Assembly: GCF_001194135.2 (NCBI RefSeq)
Contig: NC_068985.1
Location: forward strand, 13,174,151-13,238,150
Length of the DNA stretch: 64,000 bases
Direction: 5' to 3'
DNA from: Octopus bimaculoides
Taxonomy: Eukaryota
Shown: one piece after another, positions 38,240 to 52,010 of the stretch
How positions within the stretch are numbered: position 1 is the stretch's first letter
Layout of the letters: each line of letters opens with the position of its first letter
Position numbers and translations under genes: made by a program
Notes under the pieces: generated by a model
Databases searched by the model: none
What the model was told of the DNA's origin: nothing
The model's input: the letters and a program-made list of their open reading frames with translations, nothing else

Positions 38240-38820
38240 ATAACTCCTTATTTTGTAAAATCGACTTGAATTTCTGTACTAGTTAATTTATCTGTTCCAC
38301 TCGGTTTGATTTTCCAGACGCTATGGTGCCTTTCTTGATGTTATCATATCACGGAAGTCTTTAAAAAAGCAAATCTCTCTATGCTCCACCCATCATTGTT
38401 TTCTAGGGATATCATGTTGGTTCTCATATTATTTCCTCTGGCCAGGGACCAAGCACTTACCTGCTAAAAGCTTATAGGAATTATATTTTAAAAGTCTTTC
38501 TTCATAATTTCTGACAATGTGCCCAAACCTGAGAAGCCAGATCCCCAGTTGAATTTAAGAGGTGGTTTTGGCTGTGCTTGCTGTAAACAATCCACGTCTC
38601 TTTGACATATTCAGTCGTTGGCAGAACTACAATTTTAATTTCTTTGACTCTCTTCCACGTGCAGGCATTATGGTAATGTCCACTGGAATGATCGATGCTT
38701 TGACAATTCTACAATAAATTGCACCGACGATGTGAACGATATTTCAGAGAATATTCTTAACGTCTTTGCATATTGTTGTATCCTATCTCAGATTCCCAAT
38801 CTTCATTGAAATCGAATCTA
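38240..38820 (-). mobile_element. Possible decayed Tc1/mariner transposase C-terminal region
   Basis: Weak, frameshifted resemblance to the FQQD.APAH and PDLNPLDY regions. No intact motif. Confidence 0.22.
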
Positions 38821-39179
38821 TAAGAATTAATATGCAACTATTTTGTTAGGTTCAGCATGTGACAAAATCTAGTGTCATAATTTTGTACCACTGTATGAGA
38901 ATTCAAATATTTAAAACTAAGTTATACGACCAGATGTAGGTTCGCAAGTACACAAGTCCATTCATGTGAGGGATGGCTCTACAGTTTCTTTCAAAGAAGA
39001 CCTAATCATAAATATTATTCAACGCATGGCTTTAAGAAGTGACTTGCCTAAAGTTCCGTGTAGTTCGGATTAAACGCAGACTCAATTGGTTGCAAAACGT
39101 GTCTTTCCCACAATTCAATGCTTGCACTTATTTCCCAAATACATTTTTTTAACGCCAAAAAAGCAACCCAGCGGAGATA

Positions 39180-39612
39180 TTCTTTCTACTCTAGGCACAA
39201 GGCTCGAAATTTTATGCGGAGGGAACCAGTCGATTAGATTGACCCCCAATACGCAACTGGTACTTACTTTATCGACCCCGGAAAGATGAAAGGCAAAGTC
39301 GACCTCAGCGGAATTTGAACTCAGAGCGTAAGAACAGACGAAATACCCCTAAGCATTTCGCCTGGCGTGCTAACATTTATTACTTCTTTATTGCCCACAA
39401 GGGGCTGAACATAGAGGGGACAAAAAAGGACAGACAAAGGGATTAAGTCGATTACATCGACCCAGTGCGTAACTGGTACTTAATTTATCGACCCCGAAAG
39501 GATGAAAGGCAAAGTCGACCTCGGCGGAATTTGAACTCAGAACTTAATGGCAGGCGAAATACCGCTAAGCATTTCGCCCGACGTGCTAACGATTCTGCCA
39601 GCTCGCCGCCTT
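39180..39612 (-). mobile_element. SINE family A dimer with TSD
   Basis: Full dimer in reverse orientation, with gcggagatatt repeated at 39171-39181 and 39619-39629. Confidence 0.85.
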
Positions 39613-40560
39613 AGCCCCGCGGAGATATTACCGCCAAACGTAAAGAAATTAAACCAACTAGCGGCAACTGTTGGTGGCACTTTACCATTTTTACTACTTA
39701 TCTTCTGCAATAATCTTCCGTTTTGACAAAGGGACTAGCCCACAAAAATAGTTCCCAGTATGCAATTGGAACTTAACCACCCCCTCTTAGAATATGAAAA
39801 TAAAGATTGGGTGAGTTTTTAATTCAGAATTCAAATAGTGTGGGTTGTAATAAAATACCGCAAGTCGTTTTACGATGTTCTGCCGATGCTGCCTCTTCAC
39901 AACTTTTATCCTTCTTATAAATATTGATTAGTGCTTTCACTAAAATCCAGTAAGAATGAAACTTCAGTTTTCAAAGTGCAAATAAGTATTATTTGAAACA
40001 AAAGAGCAGTTGAAAGTATAAGAAACGAACTATTTTGTACAAATTCCTATAATTTCTACATTCAACAATCTTTTGTATACTATTTAAGTTTAAAAGCACT
40101 ACTTATTTCCTCCATAATATTTGCTAGGAAGAATCTAATCGAATATATTTATTGCCGTGTTTCAATTATTTTTTGTGTGTCCGTTTGGTTGCTTTTTTAT
40201 CTTTCTTTTTTGCTGAAATTTATTTGATATTTTTGTTGCTCTTTTTTTGTTTACTGATTTCTTTGTTTGTGTGTTTTCAAGTAAATTCCCGTTATTTGTC
40301 ACAAAACAAAGTGTTTCGTTTTTTAAAGCAAAAAAAAACAAAGCAATGAAATACAAAAAACAAAAGTAATCCAAACATCACATACAATATGAATATTCAG
40401 TTAGTTTTATTTTATACTAACTCTCACAGCATTAACAAGAAAACGAGAAAAGCTCCATGAACAATACGCAGACGAAGAGATATAAGCATAAAGAAAAGAG
40501 GAAATTTAGATCATAAAATACAAACACTTACATACATACATATATATGAGTGTGTATACG

Positions 40561-40621
<61 letters not shown>

Positions 40622-41619
40622 GTATGTATATTGCTCACAAAATAACAGAACTAATAAACATCAACGTGAAGTCGTTTTTACATTCAAAGAATTTTTCTAT
40701 ATATACACACATGTTTATGTACGTGTGTGTGTGTGTGTTATCGTGTGTGTATGTGTGTGATCGTGTGTGTAAACGTGTGTGCGTTCATGCGTGCGCGCGC
40801 ATGAGCGTGTCTGCGTGTGTGTGTGTGTGCTTTATATTCATTCTTCGCCTCCACACTGGTCGAAACAGTAATAATTTTCTTAAGATTATAAACTAGCTTT
40901 CAGCATTAAAAAGAAAACACCCACACACACGTACACACATACACACATACATTCACGCCCCTTATTCCCATACATATCTGTGTGTGCATAGAATTATATA
41001 GCATGTATAAATATCTGTGCGTGTAAGTGAATGCTTGTGTGTGTGTGTTTAAGCATTAAATCTATTTTCTTTGTCTAACATATATGCTACATGAAACTAA
41101 TTGAATCTGGCTCATAAAAAACAACATAAATAATAGCGTAGGCAACATAACTAACAATATCAGAAATCAACAGCAAAGAAAATAGCAAATTTTCTTTCAA
41201 TCTAATTATTTAGTTATGTATATGTTTTACCCAAAGTAATATACCACAGGCAAATCTGAGAAATGTAAGGAAAGAAAAATGTGTTGTAAATTTCGTGATT
41301 TTTTCCCCGATTATGTTTATTAGGATATATTATTTGCGTAGATTAAGGGTCGAAGGTCTAAATTCTTACAGTGTAGTAATAATGTTGCTCCAGGTATATA
41401 CTGTCCCTCTCAAAATGAAGAAAGTAGAACATACTGCAATATGTAGCGTTTTATTACTTGTTATGCATTTTTAGATATTTGGATATTCTATGTCTGCTGT
41501 AATGTCTAATCAGATTTTGTATATCATTTAATTTTTTTTTTTTTACATTGTTAATCAGCCTCAGGCCACTTCTGACATGGCACCTATATGAAAGCTGTTT
41601 ATCACATGAATATATCACT

Positions 41620-42080
41620 TGTATGTACACTTATATCATAGTGTGTCCCACATTTTGTCTGCACAGTAGAGCATGACTTTCGTGTAATTTGGTAGCTATT
41701 TCTAACTGCTCAAATGGTGGTATGGAAACGTTCTCTTTAGCTAATACTTTCAAGAGATAACACGGAGAGCAAGGACAAATACGAACTTTTCTGTTCTTTT
41801 CCATATGAGCTTTATGATGCTTAATTTCATCGATGCAAGAGGATATTCCAGGCGCTGGCTTATGCAAATCAAGGAAGTTGTCCGTGAATCTTCACATGGA
41901 AAGCTCTCTCTTAGACACAAGGAATGGCATGAATTTTTGTGGAACACCAGAAGTTGGTAATACAAGATATCTCCCGTATCAATATCATCGACGCTTTCCA
42001 AGCCAAATGAAAGATCCTAGAAAGCTTTACATCAATCTTATAATGGAGCTCATGTCATTGAGAGCTGGTCACTTATAATT
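41620..42080 (+). mobile_element. Possible decayed mariner transposase
   Basis: CVPHF at about 41643 resembles WVPHEL, with weak colinear later motifs. Confidence 0.22.
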
Positions 42081-42988
42081 TTGTCTGAACTTCTAACAGT
42101 TTTCTAATCTTAATAAAAATTTTGTTAATCAGCAATATCTCCATTGTAGCTCTACTACCATTAATAATATTCTATTGTCCGACACAAGGCATCATACATT
42201 GATTTGTTTGTTATAAGAAGATTATATAATATTCATTTGTTTCCTGAGAATATTAGTCAAATAAGTAAAAGATTTGATGTTAGAGAAGCAGATTAAAACC
42301 AAGTTGAAGGACTTGGTTTATGAAGATGTTATACTTTATAGTATTCGTTTATTTACAGCTGAAAAGGCACTTGTTTAGAAGTATGATCAACCAGGATTAG
42401 CCTGGGGTTAAACAACAAGTATCGTTGGCGAAGTTGAGGGACGCTATTTGCGGTTAGTTCTATAAACAGCTCCAAATTTACTTCCAATCTCATCGTAGAG
42501 TCTTAAGAATGAAGTGCACTTTTGTAATCTATTGGTCATGGCTGGACAGCTTTTGGTCATAAGGCTTTTAATTCAGAGACGCCCTAGATCTAAAGAACAA
42601 CACGAACAATAGCAACAACATGGCCACCCACATTTCCAGCATCGTTGTTAACGCTGATATTGCCAAAGCTGTTGTTGCAGATGATGGTATTGTTTATGCT
42701 GTTACCATAGTTAGATATTGTCTGTTACTGCTGATATTGTTGTTTTTAGCAGGTATTTGCTTGCAGTATTGTCAGAGGGTCAATTGTTACTTTAATTCGG
42801 TGTTGCTGTAACTAATTAACTATTGATAACAACGAATTGCAATAAAGGAATAATTTCTCATTTTTTGTTTATTTTTTCGTTTGAAAAGAAAATGTGTAAT
42901 GATGTAATTTATTTTGGTTGTCTAAACATTACCGACCGTTGATTTATATTCTTTTTTCTTTCCTGATTTATTTCAGATATTTTGCGCC

Positions 42989-43646
42989 ATGACTCCAAGC
43001 AGTATGTGGATGAAGGTACTTTTCTGTAGTATCCTACTTCACCTATACGTTGCTCAATACACAAGATCTCTAGAAACACATTCCGAAGATGACAGCGAAT
43101 CCGACAAACGAAGTATTATAGATGACGATTTCAAATCACTAGATCCAACATATTATCCTTCAGGCCTAGATAAACGACAACAACAATATTCAAAATTGGG
43201 CAGAAACATTCGTGTCATTGCACGTGGAATGGATCCCATGATGTTCGGTAATCTAGGAAAACGAATGGACCCCAACATGTTTGGATCATTGGGAAAACGA
43301 TTCAACACGGACGGTAGAGAAAAGCAAGATAAGAAAATAGACCCATATATGTTTGGTAGCCTTGGAAAGAGAATGGATCCTGCAATGTTCGGATCTCTTG
43401 GGAAACGAATGGATCCAATGCTGTACGGTAGTTTAGGAAAACGCATGAGCCCCGACTACATCAACTATGCCGGTAAACGATATGATCCAGTGTTATTCGG
43501 AGGTTTAGGGAAAAGAATGGACCCCATGTTATTCGGTGGTTTAGGGAAAAAGATGGACCCCAATATGTTTGGAACCCTAGGAAAACGTATGGACTCTATG
43601 ATGTTCGGTCACCTCGGGAAAAGAGATGTATCTGGAATCAAAGTAG
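42989..43646 (+). CDS. AstA: Allatostatin-A/buccalin-type neuropeptide precursor, main coding exon (exon 42977-43646, ends in a phase-1 intron)
   Basis: Acceptor ttttttctttcctgatttatttcag|atat at 42976/7, gccATG at 42989, and a hydrophobic signal peptide (MTPSSMWMKVLFCSILLHLYVAQYTRS). An acidic spacer is followed by repeated units GMDPMMFGNL, MDPNMFGSL, IDPYMFGSL, MDPAMFGSL, MDPMLYGSL, YDPVLFGGL, MDPMLFGGL, MDPNMFGTL and MDSMMFGHL, each followed by G-KR/KK (amidation plus dibasic cleavage). Canonical donor AG|GTAAGT at 43646/7. The xDPxxFGxL-amide pattern matches molluscan buccalin/AstA peptides. Confidence 0.93.
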
Positions 43647-44039
43647 GTAAGTCAAAACATTTATTCGTTCACTTTTTACGCCTGCAACTTATCGAACACT
43701 CACTATAAGCTTTACGCAGGAACCGAAAAGATCATAAACGGGCGAAAAATATAAAACAATATATAAGTTCTGTGGGGCGGGGTGTTTTGTTTTTCGAGCG
43801 GTAAATGTCCAAGCATAATATTCGGTTTAAACCCTTTTGGATAGAAAAATGGAAGGTTATCTATAATATATCTTCGTTCGATGCGTCAAATATTCAAGCC
43901 ACCATCGAGATATATCTACGAGTGTATGCATATATATTGATAGAAAAGACAACAATAGAAAGAAAGAGACCTCGATAGTATGTAAATAGAGGAATTTATG
44001 TCACATAGTATATATATATATAGATAGATAGATATATAA

Positions 44040-44210
44040 GGCGCTGAAAAGTCTACGACCCCAGTGTTCCACTGGTACTTATTTCATCGACCTCTAAAGA
44101 ATGAGTGTCAAAAATTGACGCTGGCGGAATGTGCACTCGAAACGTAATGATGGACTGAGTGCTGCAAAGAATTTAGACCGGTATACTAACGAGTCTGCCA
44201 GTTCCTCTCT
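44040..44210 (-). mobile_element. Diverged family A SINE in the precursor intron
   Basis: ccccagtgttccactggtacttatttcatcgacc...ggcggaatgtgcactcgaaacgtaa. Confidence 0.6.
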
Positions 44211-44461
44211 CCAACCACAATTTGATATTATAAAGTAATTATTAGTTCCATTTCATTAAAAATATCGTTGGTAAGAGCCATGGCCCAAGAGGCGAAGTTC
44301 TGGTCGGGATGCTAAATCGCATTACTTACATCGCTAATTTTGTTCAGAAAATAATTAAAGAACTTCATTCTTAGTTTGAATACCGTCATATACAATTACC
44401 CTGAGGCTGTTATTTTGTAGTCATTGTTTCCCTGCTTTTCCTTCTCCCATTCACTGCCTAG

Positions 44462-44490
44462 ATTTTGCACAAAAACATGTTCCTCCATGA
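44462..44490 (+). CDS. Candidate terminal coding exon of the precursor (adds DFAQKHVPP*)
   Basis: Long polypyrimidine tract tgtttccctgcttttccttctcccattcactgcctAG at 44460-44461, 815 nt after the donor. Phase-1 joining gives G|AT TTT GCA CAA AAA CAT GTT CCT CCA TGA. No transcript evidence. Confidence 0.4.
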
Positions 44491-44504
44491 TCAGATATTG
44501 TCAG

Positions 44505-44720
<216 letters not shown>

Positions 44721-44887
44721 CCACTCCCAACTGAAACACGAACACTGCTGTAGGTACAAGAAAGCGGTATTTCCAGCAAACATTTGAATATATTTTCAGC
44801 ATATTTGACCTGTGCAATGGCCGTATCGACTGTTGTTTACGTTGAGACGAATTTTCCCTTTCGGCAATTGGTGTTAAAAAAAATCTG

Positions 44888-44936
<49 letters not shown>

Positions 44937-46689
44937 GACAAACTGGCAGATAGAGAGACTTAGAGAGACAATAGAATTTATTTTAAAACTTTATTGAATG
45001 TTTTATTAATAAGTCACTCACGCCCCTTTCTGAATAACACACCCAACCAAATTATTGACATTCCTTCCGCACCAGTGATGCGTTCGGAGACCATCAGAGA
45101 TACTAGCGGAGGTCGATAGGTCGAACTCAACTGACATCGCGCAGAATTAATGACACATAGATAGTGGGTTTTTATTATCGCTTAGCTTCAAATCAGTTCT
45201 CATCGAGTTCTAAAAATGGAGGATGTTCTAAACGTAACCTTTCTTTGTTGTATAAATTGGAAAATATGTACTGGCCTTTTTGAAAACAGACTTGAGTGTT
45301 ATATGAGGCATTTTTCAGCAAATCGATCGATAAGATAGTGACGAATTTATTGGGTTTATCGAGCGAATCGAAACCATTTATACATTTACTTTGTAGATAT
45401 TCTATGATATTGAAAACATGAGAAACACCTTATACAATTCGACAACTAGTATGGAACGTACTTCGTACATTAAAGTTATAATCTCTCCTGCCCAGAGATT
45501 TTAATCATGGTATCTTATTAATTGTCATTTTATTTCACAACTTATAATCTACAATAAATCGATAAATTACATTTAGTGTTTAGCTATTTCTTATGATAAC
45601 TGTAATTTGTAGAAGTCTTAATAAATTAGTTCAATGACATTGTGTAGCACTCATTTGCTACAGAGTTATCAGTTAAACTGACAAACGTTGATGGGAGCTC
45701 AATATACGCTGGTGATGGCGTTTATGAAGTAAACATCTGACTAAGTTTATACAACCATTACAGCTTTTCATTCGCTGCAAAACCGTTCGAGGTAATGAAT
45801 AAGTTTCGTTATCTCACAAATTCCCAGAAATTATAGCGAAATATAGCCTCTCCATATCATGCCCTGTATTTTAAGCAAGGATACATTATATAATTATTTT
45901 TGAAATTCGTAAAGAGACTTAAGCGTCATAACTAGAATATCTCCGATCAGAGTTTTGCTCAAACTAGGACAAGTTTTGGCGAAACAAACGATCTGTGGTC
46001 AACCAATTTGTTATACATATATTAAGCTGAAATATCTCGAATATATTCCACAGGGAAATGAATCAATCTTCTGTGTAAATATTTTCCTCAGAAATACTTT
46101 AGTATTTAACCCGGTGCTTCTTGTGTTTGAGGCACTGCTATATGAGAGCTCCTTTAAGTTTAAAACCTGCTGGGGTATGACACAAAATAACAATGTATTG
46201 CAACTTGATTTTCTGCTTCCTTTCCACCCAAACCACTTTAATCGTTTAACTAAAATTCATAAAATGGAAAATCACTCATACAATAGATGTCATTTCTAGA
46301 TTGGACAAAATGCCGCGAATTTCTTGGAATATTTAGCTGTCGACTAATTCGAAGCCGAAAAATTGTTACAAGTTGAAAATAACAGCAATGCTGTGACATA
46401 AAAGGCGATAGCAAAGTCAAAGCGGATAATTATCAAATGGAACTGCTCTGCGATGATGTTTATACCTACGGACTATAAATGTATGACAGGTGTGTTGTCC
46501 CTGAAGGTTTAGGGCATCATTAAGTCAGGTAGATTCAGGATTATAAGGATGCCCTCTATTCCTGACGATATTAAGAGTGATCCTTTCAACGCTATTGTTG
46601 ATTCAGTCCTTCTGAACGGTTCTTCAGCATGGATACGGAGCGAGAGATGTGAATAGAAGCTTGAAGGTACATACACGTGCATGTTTCAA

Positions 46690-47450
46690 TCTTTCTTGAT
46701 AGCAACACCCAACAAAAGAACTAATGGCAGTCTTCCTGCCATCACCTCCGTAATCACAGAAAGATTAGACCATCATGCTGAAGAAACAAGAATGAAATAT
46801 CCATCGCTCCCTTTCTCTGGAAATCATGCGTGGACATGCAATTATTGGCTGACCAGGAAGAGAATAAATCGATCAGCTTGCAGAAGACAATGGATATTAC
46901 GTTGCGAATATGAAGACTGCTATGGACGATCGAGACATCTATTATGGAAGAGTTGTAACGTTCTAGACAAATCGTCTAGCCATATAAGTAGAAGTTTTGT
47001 TGAATAAACTTCATGTAATGGCGACAATTATCTCATACCACATGTTTCTGCTGAAGGAGTGTCTCTGAAAATTTTAATATTTTCTGGAGACAAATATATC
47101 GATTTTATTGCAATAGAGCTAACCAATGCCTTTATTGACTGCATTTCATAAAATTAGATGTCGTTAGTATAATCTCATCAGAATTCTAGATGAAAGAGGG
47201 CAGAGATATTGCATTTTCACCGGCCTTTGATCCCAACGAGTGACGTTGCAATCAACAAATACCTTTAATTTTGTTCTGAGTGAATGCCAATAATTTCTTA
47301 TAATACCACGAAGTGGTTTGACAGATGCTAAGGATATGATAACCTTGGGATCCTGGAAAAGCTAAACTTAGGAGTTAGAAGTATTTCGAAAGCTAAGTTG
47401 GCTGTTGTTATAGAGCTCTGTGAGTGGATGTTTTCAATTGTAATGGGAAG
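46690..47450 (+). mobile_element. Very decayed R4-like RT remnant
   Basis: Colinear fragments ITSVITERLDHHAEE, DCYGRSRHLL, NIFSGD and YDNLGILEK recall LTSIITERL..H, G..GCKDQLL, GIFQGD and YKYLGILE. Confidence 0.35.
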
Positions 47451-48216
47451 TGATTAGAGAGAATACCTGACCTTTTTGAAAGTATTACGTTAGTTATGGC
47501 ACGGTTAGGAATTTTGATTACTATAAACTGGTAGTTTCTAAACGGTAACTTTCAAGTTATATGGTGGGGATGGGGGGGGGGGGCGTTATACCAAATCGAT
47601 TTCCTATACTGCTGTCTACGCCGTCAGTGTAATATTTACCGCTTCTTCCATATCCTCAATATAGGCGGCCTGTAAATGGTGTTCCTGTCTAAAGACTCTT
47701 CTGCCTACTCATATAAGGAGATAAATAATTATTACTGATGACGTTTATAATTTATAGAGATGTGTAGAATCTGTTCAGGTCTTTTGCACTTCTAAGATTT
47801 GCTGGTTGCCTAATCTAGCAACATCCAGTAATTTGGGTATCTTATATTTAGCAAAGGAGATGATGCATGACCAGAATTCCTCATATATTCCTACTAAACC
47901 ATTTCTAAACCCATCCCTACTATATCCTTTCTTAATGTTTGAAAGTATGAAATTGCTAAGCATTTATCTTTGTACAGTGAGTAGATATTGGATGTTATGA
48001 TTTCTGAGATAACAACGATAAAGAGATCTCCTAAGATATAGCCGTCTAAGTCACAGCGTGTCATCACTAGGTAATATGACCAAAGGACATTCGTCTAATT
48101 TCTCTCTAGAAACGATACGACCAAAACGAAAATATTATATGTTATAATTAAAATACAGTGTAACAGGTGCAATTTTTGTTGTATATACATATAATATATA
48201 AACATGTATATATGTG

Positions 48217-48259
<43 letters not shown>

Positions 48260-48461
48260 AACATACATATACGTACATATCGAATGAGGACAAAACACAC
48301 ACGCACACGCAGACACCCACGATCATGAGCGTGCACACACACACACACACACACTGTGTATGTGTGCGTGTGAGCATATATGTGTGTGTGTGTTTGTGTT
48401 CGTGCGTGTGTGTGTGTGTGTGTGTTTGTGTTCGTGCGTGTGTGTGTGTGTGTTTGTGTTC

Positions 48462-48497
<36 letters not shown>

Positions 48498-49534
48498 GTA
48501 AAATTTATGAGATCACTCTCGTAGTTATTGGAATAAAATTTAAAAATCGGAAACAAAAATACCTTGTGGATAAAGTTGTTTATTCAACCATAGAACATAT
48601 ATTCGAAGCATGAATTTGTACTCATATTCTCTGTATTGTCGTTGTTGCTTCTGTTTTTCTGAATAACATTAGTATTAATATTATTACCATCATTTTCAGG
48701 ATCATCATCATTATTATAATAATAATTATTATTATTAACCTTATTACAAAATCCTAATCTGTCTCATTATAACATTCTAATCATGTTCTCTCTTCAAAAA
48801 TGATTATTTTGTTATTTTCCTTCAATGTACACTTTGATAATATTTTCATATTTGCCAGAGATTATCTTCTTCAAACTGTTCATTTCCCTACAGACTTTCC
48901 TGGTGGAGTCGATCTTCATGTATCGCTTGCATTTTATCCATACCGAATAGACTTTGATTTTTAAAAATAATCAAACAGTTGTTTTGCTATCGAATACCGA
49001 TTCCTAATTCCATTGTTGTTTGCACTGAAAAGAAGAAATCATTTCTATCAGCTGTAGTTAGTTATACACACAGGAGACGCACGCTTATACATATATTCTA
49101 GTTATCCTGTAATACAAACGATGGTGTACAATTGCTATTATAGAAATGGTTTCGTTACAAAGTGATCGATGAACTGTTGCATCTGTTACACTGTATAACT
49201 GAAACATTTAACTGCCCATTAACCAAATGCATGAGTTCTCTAAACTGTTATTTATCACACATCTCTTAAAATATGGCTTTAATTGTTGAACTATTAGTAA
49301 ATGGTTATTGATATATAAGAATGCTTTAGTATATTTCTCAATTGTTTATTTATCATGAGTAAATATCTCTGTCAGTTTAAATGAAAACACATCTTGACTC
49401 ACCGTCTCTTTGAAAGTTCACGATACTTGTTATTAGTATAAACAGGGAATGTGAGCTTAGTTTTTTTTTTTTTCTCATCGTTGATGAATGCTGCGGTCTA
49501 TGAACTATTAGGCCTTATGTTATGAAAATTCTAA

Positions 49535-49740
49535 CGGACACTAAATATCCTTTTCTACTCTAGGCCCGAAGTTTTTGTGGAGGGGGCCAGTCGATTAGAT
49601 CGAACTCAGTGTGCAACTGGTACTTAATTTATCGACCCCGAAATGATGAAAGGCAAAGTCGACCTCGTCGGAATTTGAACTCAGAACGTAAAGACAGACG
49701 AAATAGCGCAAAGCATTTCGCCCGACGTGCCAACGTACTA
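49535..49740 (-). mobile_element. SINE family A monomer
   Basis: cgaccccgaaatgatgaaaggcaaagtcgacctcgtcggaatttgaactcagaacgtaaagacagacgaaat. Confidence 0.8.
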
Positions 49741-50321
49741 AGACAGAAAAAGCAGGAGTTTATTTAACTTACGACGGCTACCATGAATAGGTGTTAAGTT
49801 GGAAGGTAATTTACGGTACAGTGACAAAGATCCAATTATCAGCTTCTTTGGTGATAATGGTATCTTCGGTCGGAGATGGAGGGAATGTGGCAATTTCACC
49901 TTAAATGATATTGAGGGAGTTTGCATACTTTCGAGATCAAAGAGGTTTAATGCGCGATGGCTGAAGACTTTGTACCTGTCGAAGACAATTACCTGATCAA
50001 AGCTAGGTTTGAAGTGTGATGGGTGGCAAAAGAGTTAAGCGATGGTATAGTCAATATTAGAAGCCGGTGGTATGCTGTAAAAATAAGTACAGAGTTTTGT
50101 GGAACGGACGTTTTGTTTGGTGAATCTGTGGGCCTGGCAATCGCCATTATATGGAATGAAAGTTATGGTGCAAAAGCCCTATTGAGGGGTGGCCAATCAA
50201 AAGGCAGATTAACGATGACAGAGCGGAGAAGTGTAGCAGTTTATGTTGAATGTAGGGGTTATGAAGTATGCGAGGTGGTGCCCCAGCATGGCCGCAGTCA
50301 GGTGGCTGAAACGAGTAAAAG

Positions 50322-50374
<53 letters not shown>

Positions 50375-51414
50375 GCACATGCTTGAATATATGTGAATAT
50401 TTGTGGGTGTGCATGTGTGTGCATAGTCACCAAGCAGTGCTCAAAGAGATCGAACTCTCAAATTTCACCTTCTTAATCAGGTTGAGGTCATCCTGATGTA
50501 GAATAGATGGCTAGAAGAACGACCAAAATCGAGTATATTTCAAACAGGAGCGGCGGATAGAGTTGCTGGCGTCAGGAATGCTTTATATGGAAACGTATGT
50601 TTTACAAATGTAAGCAAGTCCTATCTTTAGAGTTGATTCAAATAATTTAACAAATGGTTGATATAGCAAGGCATAATATATAGACAACTCTATTATTGGG
50701 GTAATATTTCGATTAAACATAAAACAAATATAGTATCTAAAAGCACGAATATTGATATGCGATTATCTTCGTGCGGCGATGTAGCGACATAATTTTCTAA
50801 AGTCTTAAAAGCAAATGCACCTAGCGACGTAAACTTTACAAAAAGATTGACGTCCATAAATTAAGGAGAGAAGTAGTAGAGAGGTTATAGTTGAAGGTAC
50901 AGAAATAGAGAGAAGATATGGACGAGAAAATGTGAAAATGTGTTAATAATTAGGAGAGAAGTGTTGCTTTAGAAGCAGGTAGGCAGTATGTGGAGGAATA
51001 AAACTGTATTTCTATAGCTCTGTCTGCATTACTTTCAAATATGATACTATGTGGCTTGACTTCGTTGTAAAACATATTGTTACTGTAGGAACATCTCACT
51101 TTCTCCCTTCCGTGTACCGTACATCGGTATGACCAAGTGTTAAAAATCTACTTTTTCTAATCATCCTTCGTTTAAAACACTTCAATACATCCATCGCCAT
51201 TTTACACTGAAGCACTGTAGAAAAATTTGGAGAGATACTTTTCACAAATGACTAATTATTTTACAACAATCATCGATATTGTCTCATGAGATTTTCGAGA
51301 TATCTGTCGTGCTATGATGGGTCAGATATGAATTTCTACTTCCTTATCTATAATAAGTTTCCAGACTTTAGATGCACTATCTACGCTCCATTTAGGTCAG
51401 TTCTTTATGATGAA

Positions 51415-51416
<2 letters not shown>

Positions 51417-51448
<32 letters not shown>

Positions 51449-51461
51449 CATTATTATTATT

Positions 51462-51498
<37 letters not shown>

Positions 51499-51599
51499 AT
51501 TCGGAGTCGATGGAATGAATACCAGTTGAACACTGGAGTCGATGTAACCGACTCATCCCCTTCCCCAAAATTGCTGCCCTTGTTGCAAATTTTGAAACA

Positions 51600-51671
<72 letters not shown>

Positions 51672-51675
51672 GTTA

Positions 51676-51739
<64 letters not shown>

Positions 51740-51755
51740 CATTATTATTATCATA
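51417..51755. repeat. (ATT)n/(ATC)n tracts interrupted by a family A SINE 3' fragment (about 51500-51598)
   Basis: Seen directly. Confidence 0.9.
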
Positions 51756-51799
51756 TGGTTAAAAATTTGTTGGCTAATTTATGTAGCCAGTCTAACTAC

Positions 51800-52010
51800 C
51801 TGTGCACAGCCATCCGCCATGATTGACGACTAGATAGCTACAAAAGTTTTTTTTTATTCTGTCTCTATTTATTTCCACATGTTCCTTTCTGTTGAAGAGC
51901 ATAGGCTCGAAACGTAAAAGATTTTTACACCTTCCCGATCGTTAAACTAATACACCTGTTTGTTGTTCATACACTGTCTTTGTTTTTTGTTTTTCTATCA
52001 GTTTCAACTA
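51800..52010 (+). mobile_element. Hammerhead-bearing short repeat (Penelope-terminal-repeat-like)
   Basis: Homologous to the reverse complement of 53120-53330 (gttaaactaatacacctgtttgttgt, gaaacgtaaaaga). Confidence 0.6.

Noticed and set aside
43153-43446. 97-aa antisense ORF with RFP repeats
   Set aside because: It is a shadow of the repetitive sense precursor.
43226-43625. Regularly spaced DNA repeats resembling a CRISPR array
   Set aside because: The periodicity comes from the encoded peptide units (GKR-MDP) in a eukaryotic exon, and there are no cas genes.
47560-48060. Minus-strand partly open frames in unique-looking sequence
   Set aside because: No motif was recognised; they are probably an old transposon remnant but cannot be supported.
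49790-50260. Possible LINE AP-endonuclease remnant (WVAKELSDGIVNIRSR)
   Set aside because: The resemblance is too weak to call without a profile search.
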